Assembly (NCBI GenBank): GCA_043228905.1
Contig: JBHGNT010000001.1
Location: 14,756,001-14,820,000 of the forward strand
DNA: 64,000 nt
Direction: 5' to 3'
From: Azolla caroliniana
Taxonomy: Eukaryota; Plantae; Polypodiophyta
Shown here: positions 54,704 through 64,000 of the stretch, one piece after another
Layout of the letters: every line of letters begins with the position of its first letter
Numbering within the stretch: position 1 is the first letter of the stretch
Position numbers and translations under genes: made by a program
Notes under the pieces: generated by a model
Databases searched by the model: none
What the model was told of the DNA's origin: nothing
The model's input: the letters and a program-made list of their open reading frames with translations, nothing else

Positions 54704-54971
54704 CCACACGGTACCAGATCCAGTCGAAGTAGGGATCAACGCCCTCAAACCCACACCCCCACAAGAAGAATCGGCCGCACCTGAGGCGGACGCCCGAGAA
54801 GATATGACACCCCCGGACCAAACTCAACCCCTCGCACCGATAGTCCAACCAGACCACCCTGCCACCACCCCGGACCCCGAAAACATCCTGGACATCTTAA
54901 AAGAGCAATGAAACGAGGATCACGTCTAAAAGGAAATTTTTGTAATATTGTTAGTATTTTGTAAGTCGTGG
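54701..54971 (+). repeat. About 270-bp copy of the element's own 3' internal end (61310-61581)
   Basis: Both copies run CGCCCACACGG...GTAAGTCGTGG, with about 15 differences by eye. Confidence 0.93.
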
Positions 54972-57898
54972 CTTTTGAACGCGAACTCGCCATTTCACAA
55001 CGAGTGAAAGCATCAATCCTGGAAACAATAAACCTCGGTTCGGACGAGAATCCCCGTACGTTACAAATTGCCAATAATCTACCAACCGGAGAACGGGCAT
55101 GCCTCGTAAAATTGCTCACCGACTACCAGGATGTTTTCGCTTGGTCTTACACCGATATGAAGGGGCTAGATCCTCAATACTACCAACATCAAATTCACAT
55201 CTTACCCGACACTCGGCTGGTTCAGCAGAGGCGCTACAGGATGAACCCCAACTACGCTGCTAAACTCAAAGAGGAAATCGACAAACTACTCCGAGTGGGC
55301 TTCATTCGCCCTGTTAAACGGGCCACGTGGTTGAGCCCAATCGTAGTGGTCCCAAAGAAGAACGGAAAAATCCGCGTCTGCGTCGACTATCGGAAGCTTA
55401 ACGTGGCAACAGTCACCGACGGTTTCCCTCTTCCATTCACGGATAGTGTCCTCGACACGGTAGCCGGCCACGAATGCTACAGTTTCCTCAACGGGTTCAG
55501 CGGCTATAACCAGATAAGAAGACACCCGGAGGATCAGGAGAAAACCGCTTTCTTCACGGAATGGGGTGTTTTTGTAGCAGAAGTAATGATGTTCGGTCTA
55601 AAAACGGCGCCGGCTACGTTCCAGCGCATCATCACCGAAATCTTTCATGACTACATCTCGACGTTCATGCAAGTCTTTCTCGACGATTTCGCCGTGTATG
55701 GCCATCGACAGGAACACATGACCCAGTTACGACTCTGCCTGGACCAATGTCGCCAAGCTCGATTGAGCTTAAACCTGGCGAAATGCGCGTTCTTAGTCTC
55801 CAGCGACAACCTTCTCAGCCACATTGTCAGTCAAGAAGGCATCGCTATGGACCCGGATAAAGTAAAGGCAATCCTGACCGCCACCGCACCCTCGAACGCT
55901 AAGGCACTAAGCCGTTTTTTGGGACAGATCCGGTGGCACAGCCGAATGATACAACACCTGGCTGATTTCGCGACACCTTTACACGCGGCAGTCCATCGCC
56001 TTCCCTTCCAATGGACGTCAATCGAGGACACAGCCTATCAGACCCTGAAACGAATGGTGTCACATGCCCCGGTGGTCCAGTCTCCGGTTTGGTCCGAACC
56101 GTTTCATGTCTTCATAGATGCTTTGGACATCGCCATCGGAAGTGCCCTGATGCAATGCACACCCCCGAATTGGTATAGGCCCGTGTACTACGCCAGCCGA
56201 CGGCTCTCGACTGCGGAAAAGAATTACTCCACCACCGAGCGGGAGGCCCTCGGTATGATTTATAACATCAATAAATTTCGGCATTACCTCTTGGGCCGAA
56301 AATTTACCTTTCACGTGGATCACTCGGCCCTTCTTTATTTGGTCAATAAACAAACCCTCACCGGACGGTTGGCTCGGTGGATGCTCCTACTACAAGAGTT
56401 TGATTTCCAGATTCAGCATCGACCCGGGGTACAACATGCCGTCGCCGACTACTTGAGCCGTCTTGAGTCAGGGGAACCGGCGAAAACAACGTACGACGAG
56501 CTACCAGACGCTAGCCTATTTAACCTGACCACGATACTAGACGATAACGGAGATGAATGGATCACGGAGATGACCCATTTTCTCACTACCGGTGTACCTC
56601 CCGAGCACATGACCCTTGACACGAGAAAACGCCTAGCAGTACGTAGCCGGAATTTTTGCCTCGTCTTGGACATTCTCTACCACAAAGGCTCGGACGGCAT
56701 ATGGCGCCAAGCGATTCGGCAATTCGAGAAGCACGTCGTTCTTCAGGAAGCCCACTAGGGAGTAGCTGTGGGGCACTACGCCGGGGATTCCACGGCAAGG
56801 AAAGTTTGGCAAAGTGGATTGTGGTGGCCGACAACGAAGAAAGACGCTCACGAGTTTTGCCGGCAGTGTGATTTGTGCCAACGACTGGAGCAACCAATGG
56901 AATAGTCACGGATGCCACACCAGCCGATGCTTCCGTTGGACCCATTTCAAAAATGGGGTTTGGATTTTGTAGGCCCTTTCAAACCACCCGCGGCCCGAAC
57001 AGGGAATAGGTATATTATTGTTGCCACGGATTACTGCACCAAATGGGTCGAGGCTAAGGCACTCCAAGATAACACGGCGGCATCCACGGCTAAATTCGTG
57101 TACGAGCACCTCTGGTGCCATTACGGATGCCCAATCGAGCTTGTTAGTGATCAAGGTGGGCACTTCACCAATCATATAATACGTGAGCTTACACACCACT
57201 ATGCGGTGGTGCACAAGAAAAGCACACCATACTACCCGCAAGCGAACGGCTTGGCGGAATCGACCAATAAAATCCTCCAAACCATACTGAAGAAGATCGT
57301 CAATGAAAACAGGACCAATTGGGATGACAAACTCCAGAGCGCGCTGTGGGCGTATCGTACGACTTTCAAAACAAGCATCCAATCAACCCCCTTTAGAATA
57401 GCGTCCGGGTTAGAAGTCGTGATGCCCGTCGAGTTCCAAGTCCCGAGCCTCTGAGTTCAAATCAAAGCACGACTCCCCGAGGCCCAATCCGAGCAATACC
57501 GGTTGGAACAACTCCTCGAACTCGGCGAAGATAGGATAGAGAGTATGGCCCAGCTCGAACAACGCCAACGGCAACACAAGGCTTTCGTGGATCGACATCG
57601 ACACGGGCTGGAAAAGGAGCTCACCATCGGCAAACCGGTTCTTCTTTTTCAAACACGACTCGGGTCTATGCCAGGAAAATTAAGATTTCGGTGGACCAGT
57701 CCATTCTGGATTATCGACGAGTTCAACGAGACGTTCCAGCTCGGCACACTCGCCGGCGACACTGTCAAAAGCTGGGCCAATGGTTTCCGACTTCGACCAT
57801 ATCGAAGCACTACACCACCCAACCCGTTTACCGAGCCACAGGGCACAAACGAGTTTCGGGAGACCACCACGGAGGAGGCCACGTGTCCCCCTGAATAA
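54968..57898 (+). pseudogene. Gypsy pol: RT-RNase H-integrase in one frame with three premature stops
   Basis: RVCVDYRKLN, FGLKTAP, FLDDF, NYSTTEREAL, H..H..CDLC, WGLDFVGP/SDQG/NGLAE, RWTSPF. ORFs 54968, 56912 and 57503 share a frame. Confidence 0.95.
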
Positions 57899-58423
57899 GG
57901 ACTCACCCACCTTCTTGAAATTAATAAAAGTAGTAGTAGGTAGGATTAACCATAGTTTAGCCACCGATTAGTTACACCTACACCACCCACCTCGGCACCC
58001 ACAAATTTAGGGGCACCCCTCGCCACCACTCTTTTAGTACCTATTTAAGCACATGCAAAACACTAGAAGCACCCCACTCACCTTCAGGACACGTGGTGCT
58101 GGTCACTTATTATGGCACCCACAACTCAAAATCTTCAGGATTCGCTTCAGACACAAAACCCTAGGAGTAAGTTACTAAAACCATTTCCAAAACGCAGCAA
58201 CACAGACACAGAAGTTCATTATCGCTCCCAATCTCCATCACTCTCAAGCTCAGAAACCCCGTCTCGCTCTCATCGCGCTAAACGCTCTTGCTCTCAAGCC
58301 CTCTTTCGCTCTCATAACCCCTCTGCTGAACTTCCCATTCCTGCTGATCCTTCTCTGTCTCGCCCTTGCCTCATCACTCTTCTTCACGCTTCCACACAGT
58401 CGAACCCCATCTCCATCTCCACC

Positions 58424-61400
58424 ATGCCTCTTACCGCTTCAACAGAAACCCGCGCCTGGCTCTAGGAACGAGGAATGGGCGGTAACCTGAAGATCATCGA
58501 TGCCCCCGCGCACCTAGATGCCCAAGGTGTGGCTAAATGTATAAGTCCCGAAGCCATCACCAACAACGTGCTTCAGGCTGTTTTGGATCTGCAACGGGGA
58601 GGGGACCATGAGGTCGACATACCCCCGGCATCAAAGATGAAAGCGTATTTCGGTGAGTACTCAGCCTCAAGGAAGGCATATCGCACGTATGGCGGTCCCA
58701 ACAGAGCTTTCAGGGAGATTGCTCGTATATTAATGGAGTATGCGTTCGTGCATACGAACCCAATGAGCATGCCGCAGAACAAGGCAGCCATCATCATCAG
58801 CGCGTATGAAGGAAACAAAATCGATTGGGGAATCATCACAGGCGAAGGACTCCGCGCCGCCTTAGCTTCATTTCAGTCTGGTAAGAAGATGTTGTCTATT
58901 CTTACCCGCTTTTTGATGGTTCTATACCCACCCTCTTCTCTTCCTTCCCCTCGCACACTCACGTCCCCACCACCACCACGAAGGCAGAAAGAGAAATTCG
59001 TTGCCATCAGCCACGAAGCATGGGAGGAGCCCACATCGCCTCCACCTCCTGCCGCTGACCAAAACCCCGCATCTGCACCACCACCCACTCAACCCCAACA
59101 AAAAAGGGCAGTTTCCGAGACCTGCCAAGAATGGGAGGAGGAGGTAGCCGCGGAAGATAATACGGCCGAGGATGTCACCATTCGACAGCCAACGTCGCGG
59201 CCCTCGGTAACTTCCCTAGAGCCTAGCCCACGCCCCAACACACAGCAGGCTGCACCACCACGACCCCAGAAAAGGAAGCAGGCGGAGGAAACGACACTAC
59301 CGGCCCCGGAACCCCAAACACAGCCGAGCAAAGAGAAGACGACTCAACCGCGATTCCTCGGAAGAACAGAAAGAGCCACAACAGGAGCAAGCCTTAGTTG
59401 TCAGACAGAGCAACCTGGCCATCATCCCTGAGGAGGCATCATTGCACCAGGGAAAGATCGAGCATGGGCAGACAACGCAAATCTCGGAGGATGAAGTCCT
59501 CAGGTATAAGGACCTCCCCGCGGAGGCTTACGAATTTAGTGCGCTCCTACACCTCGGTACGACATTCGAGCTGGTCGACTTCCTCGCCAGAGCCCAAGTC
59601 GCGGCAGCCGCTCGAATGGCGGAAAAGCACGCCGAAACAAAAATGATTCAACACGCACTAATAGGTGAAATTGAGCCCCAGGAGGAGAGGGCTTTACAAA
59701 AAATCGGGAGAAAGAAGCAGGCAAAACAGGCCGCTCTCCTCATGGAGGTCCCCGAGTTGAACACGGCCCTTATCGAGGCATATAAGGACTTGGATCGCAC
59801 TACGCGGGTAGCCAAAGACATGGCCCAAAAGATAAAAATAGCCCAAAAATAGGCTAAGATGGCTACAGAATTATGGCAGGCTGCGAAATAGAAGCTGACA
59901 GCCCAGGAGCAAAACCGGCCGGAACAACAACTCTTGAGCCTTCCGGCCACGACCACCGAGGCCCTCCCAACCCCTCCACGCATAACAATGATGGATGAAA
60001 GCACCGTCACAGATTCAATCCTGACGATGCAGGCCAGTACACAAACGGACTCGTTACAAATGGTCGATGCCTGCACAACAACCGAGGCGGCCACGCCCAT
60101 GGAGAAGACTGAGATACCACCCCCTCGTGCACCCAAGGAGGTGGCAACCCAGACAGAACCCCCGCTCCGGGATTACCGCGCGGAGCTTAAAGAAGAGCAA
60201 CAGCGAACCGAGAGACACGAACAACGGCATCAAGAGACGATGGCTCGCCTAAAAGAAGAAGCTTCTAAGCAGATGGCCGAGATTAGAGCCCAGGCCGACC
60301 AAAGGATACACGAGCAGAACGAAGCACTGGGCCGGGTACAAGCGCAAGCTGCGGGCAAAGAAGCCGAACTCAAAAGCAAGCTGGAGGAATACGTAGCCAC
60401 AGTGGCAAAGAAAGAGAAGGAGGTTCTAGACCTACAGGCCACGCTCGACAATGCGAAAGACTGGAACCATCGGCAGGAGGAAAGAAATCGCCAACGGGAG
60501 GAGAGAATGATCGTGGAGAATGCCGAGCTGCAGAGTCAGCGTATGACCCTTAAAGAAATGGCTGACGATTTTTTCATCAAATGCAAGCTACTTTCGGAGC
60601 AAAAAGACGAATTATCGGATTCCTACTTCGCACTACAAGAAGAGAGAATCGTCGAACGGGAACAAGTCCGGGCCACGTGTCAAAAAGAATGGGAGCAAGC
60701 CACCGAAGAACTCACCAAGCGTTACGAGCAGGCTATCCAGCTCATAACCGCGGATGCAAAGAACACTCAAGCCATCTATGAACTACGAGCACAGAAGCTT
60801 CAGGCCGAGGTCGACGGCTTAAAACAGGAATTAGCAACCATCCGAGCACAACCCGGCATGGATGAGACACGCATCAGAATACTGATCGAGAAACACCGCC
60901 AGCACCTTACCAAAAAGGTCGAGGAAACATTAAGTCGCGTAGGAGACGAATGGGCAGCCCAAGCTGCCGAATTGCATATTTTACGCGCCGACACCGAGAA
61001 CCGACGGAAGGAGGGCCACGGCTTCTACAAAATGGACAAAGCTAGCATACAAAACTTGCGTGCAGATTTAACCGAGGATTACCAGTCCTTGGCAAAATCT
61101 CACACCGCGGCAATCGAGCAAATAATGGAGGACTTCAATGACAGTCAGATGCTATTTCGCCTCAAAGCAGAAGCCTTCGAACGAGAACGACTCGCAGCCA
61201 TCCCAACCAGCCCTCCAGCGGCCACAGAGCAGAAGGAAGAACCTTCCACCAAGGAGATCACGGACACGGCACAGGAGGAACTTGCCCCGGCCAACAGACA
61301 TCCCACGGACGCCCACACGGCACCAGATCCGGTCGAAGTAGAGATCAACGCCCTCGAACCCACACCCCCACCAGAAGAATCGGCCGCACCTGAGGCGGAC

Positions 61401-61457
61401 GCCCGAGAAGATATGACACCCCCAGACCAAACTCAACCCCCCGCACCGAGAGTCTAA
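58424..61457 (+). pseudogene. Extra 3' ORF (about 1000 aa reconstructed): N-terminal globular domain, Pro/Thr linker, long coiled coil
   Basis: ATG at 58424 is in frame with 58475-59431; after one frameshift, 59442-59852 and 59934-61457 share a frame. KIDWG motif; E/Q/K/A heptad-rich C-terminal half. Confidence 0.75.
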
Positions 61458-61600
61458 CCAGACCACCCTACCACCACCCCGGACCCCGAAAACATCCTCG
61501 ACATCTTAAAAGAGGAATGAAACGAGGATCACATCTTAAAAGGCAATTTTTGTAATATTGTTAGTATTTTGTAAGTCGTGGGTCCGACGGACAAGGTCCT

Positions 61601-61617
61601 GTCCCACGGGCGTGCCA
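61601..61617 (+). other. Sense copy of the tRNA-Arg 3' end (anti-PBS) at the PPT position
   Basis: GTCCCACGGGCGTGCCA ends 2 nt before the 3' LTR TG. It is the reverse complement of the PBS (54628-54645) apart from a 1-nt gap. No purine run is present. Confidence 0.9.
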
Positions 61618-64000
61618 GGTGTTGTCCAGAGGACAGAAATGTAAAATTAGGAAATTAGCAAACGCCGAGTCCGAGTATCACGGGCCACCGACGGCTCGGC
61701 TGTGTATTAGGGGGAAAAGTTATTTAAACGAGGACCAGTACCTCAAAGTGGGGGGGAGAAGAAAAATATAGGCGGAAGCACTAGCTGAGTCCCTCGTAAC
61801 TAGCAAATCTTGTAAGGTCACCAGCCGTAGGCCGTGTTCTGTAATCTCTTCTGTCGCAGTAATATATCTGAATTGTGCCCAATTTGCTCCATGTGTCTGT
61901 GCTTTGATTTATACCTATGATTTGAGCGCCGCCCACGCCTGTCCAGATCTCATTAGTGTTTTCTCTCTAAGCACTGTCTCTCCCTCGACGCCTCTGTTAC
62001 GAGCCTTCACGTACCACGCCCTTGAATACCGATAGTCGCAGATCTATCGAAGGTGTTCACCCAAAGGAACGGGTAACAGTGTAAGGTTCAAAACCTTTAC
62101 TTGCACCTCATTGTATGCATTAGGCTTATTATATATATATGTGTAATGATCTCCTAAACACACATCACATGTGCACATTAACCATCACCCCTTCCATATA
62201 TGTGCATATTGCACCTTCTCGATTTTCCTCATTCCACGTGATTTCACACAGTTGCCGAAAATGTTCACGACACCGAAAGGGTCGAGGCACACGGAATCGA
62301 ATAGGTCGAGGAGCGTGAGCAAGGCATGAAGCTAGAAGCAAACAGAGCATAGATCTGGAAGAGCAGATGGAACCTCAAGTTGAGCTTGAGGGGGACTGTT
62401 GAGATACAAGCTCAACATTGGCCAGATCGGTTGTGCAAGCCGAGAACTAGATCGGTTGGGATTGATCGGTAAGGCCGGACCAGGTGTGTAAACCGGTGCG
62501 CAGACCGGTGTGCAACGAGAAGTCGTAGCGGTGCGTAAACCGCGAGGCCGTTGAAAAGATATTCTGCATAGGACTATATTTTGGGAGTTAGTGTAGAGCT
62601 CACTTATGAGCATTGAAGTACGTGTCAGTACTTTTGTCAGTCTGTATGGCCTTGTCTAAAAGTGCTCACTGAGCACATCCTATGTACAGACTGAGTATTA
62701 TTTTTGAATTGAGTTTTGTGTGCATTCTCTCTCTCTGTCTATCTCTCCCGCGTACTGTGTATATTCAAGCTCTCCATTAAACCTGCGTTTTCTGTGTTCG
62801 GTTTTCTATTGCTTCCGCACACTATTCTTTTTACAAGCTCCTTATCATGAGTTTCATAGTTGATTTCGGTGGCGTCAAACTTGCATGACTAGAAAGCCAC
62901 AAGATGGAGCTTTTCATCCTTGCCTTGTTGTGACAAAATGTTACCCAACACGAAATCCGACGTGTCTGCTTTGATGATGAATGGATAGCATTGCATAAAG
63001 ACCATGTTCTCGAAGTCGTTTTAGTACTAACAATACATGAGAATCATGCTCTTCTTGGGTCTTCGAGTAAACCAGTAGATCATCCAGATAGATGATCAAA
63101 CAAACATCCAAGACATCTCGAAATATATCATTTGGCATGTGTTGGAAGACTGTTGGCGCATTAGTGAGGCCGAATGGCATGACCGTATACTCGAAGTGCC
63201 CATATTTGGTGCGAAACGTGGTCTTCCATTCATCTCCTGGTCGGATCCATACAAGGTTATATGATCCTCGTAAGTCGATCTTTGTGAAGAACCTTGCACC
63301 ATTGATCCGTTCTAAAAGACTTGAGATAAGGGGAAGTGCGTACCTTTTCCTGATGGTGACCTTATTCAAGCCATCGTAATCTACAACGAGACGAAGTGAT
63401 CCATCCTTTTTCTTGACGAAGAAAATGGGTGCGCTGGTTGGAGATTTCAAATGTTGAATGAAACCATTTGCCAAATTCTCCTCTATATAGGCTTGAAGGA
63501 CTTGTAGCTCGGTTGGTGACAAATTGTAGATCGGTCCCCATGGTGGCTCTTTTCTCGGTTGTAAATCGATGGGACAATCATATGGTCGATGGTGAAGAAG
63601 CGTATTGGCTTGTACTTTATCGAACACATCGGCATAATGACGATATTTCTCTAGAAGTTGAACGGTGGACTCTTCTTTAGTGGTGTTGGAGGGTTTTACT
63701 GATACTGCGAAGAGAAACATTTCTTCCTTGCGTCCTTCCTCACGCAACTGATTTAGCGAAATGGTTGCAATCTTATGAGTAGATCCTCGGGTTTGTCGAT
63801 ACCGGATTTCTCTTGTTCTCCAATCTATGTATGGGTTATGTTATTCGAACCATGGTAATACCAAAACAATGGGATTTTCTGGGATACTAATTATATTAAA
63901 GTATACTACACATACTAAATTATTTAGGACAATATTAACGGGCTCTGACTCTTCTATGTTATTTCCGGAAGCAATGGGACGACCATCAATGACTAATATA

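Larger units (their letters stand above)
54164..62078 (+). mobile_element. Non-chromovirus Ty3/Gypsy (Athila/Tat-like pol) lacking gag and protease, with an extra 3' ORF
   Basis: 459-bp LTRs 54164-54622 and 61620-62078 (TGTT...AACA, about 13 differences by eye); exact 5-bp TSD GTGTA. Confidence 0.96.
50387..62272 (-). mobile_element. Non-autonomous Gypsy-derived LTR element with a tRNA-Trp PBS
   Basis: 3' LTR 50387-51150; 5' LTR 53573-54163 plus 62079-62272; PBS TGGTGAACCTGATGTGAA (53549-53566) matches the plant tRNA-Trp 3' end with 2 transitions; PPT GATGGGGGTGAA at 51151-51162; 4-bp TSD ccgg/ccga. Confidence 0.9.
45647..62835 (+). mobile_element. Copia G (family of C) with nested insertions
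   Basis: 5-bp TSD AGCTC (45642-45646 and 62836-62840). The 5' LTR (45647 to about 45983) has a deletion removing the PBS and gag start. 3' LTR 62397-62835; gag-PR-IN-RT-RH fragments at 45984-50386. Confidence 0.93.
44069..64000 (-). mobile_element. Rearranged RLG1-like Gypsy: inverted LTR end, IN and RH (44494-45646), resuming as RH/RT/PR at 62836-64000
   Basis: IN WQSIAIDFITDL...SDRGPQF; RH DHKNL; the motif HDKEL/LAI is split by Copia G; RT YLDDLL lies in ORF 62941-63747. Confidence 0.9.

Noticed and set aside
58424-61457. True retroviral envelope gene
   Set aside because: No visible signal peptide or transmembrane segment; position alone is insufficient.

Overview
A gene-free block of nested plant retrotransposons. 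The element families suggest a moss genome such as Physcomitrium patens (inference). It contains two copies of a microsatellite-tailed LINE, two Ty1/Copia groups (Tnt1/Tork-like fragments and a tRNA-Met-primed family with a long tail on RNase H), self-priming Tf1/Tcn1-type Gypsy elements, several solo LTRs, a non-autonomous tRNA-Trp-primed LTR element and a tRNA-Arg-primed non-chromovirus Gypsy with an extra 3' ORF. A five-level nest runs from about 42 to 64 kb. The most unusual signals all involve tRNA-like or priming sequences. (1) The Gypsy at 54164-62078 has a complete 76-nt tRNA-Arg(UCU) with CCA as its PBS, and a sense copy of the same tRNA 3' end where the polypurine tract should be. 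(2) Three unrelated LTR groups carry a tRNA-like A-box/B-box module, always antisense to the element. (3) An apparent fossil of a self-primed strong-stop cDNA lies at 44069-44493. All boundaries and mismatch counts were read by eye and no database searches were run.
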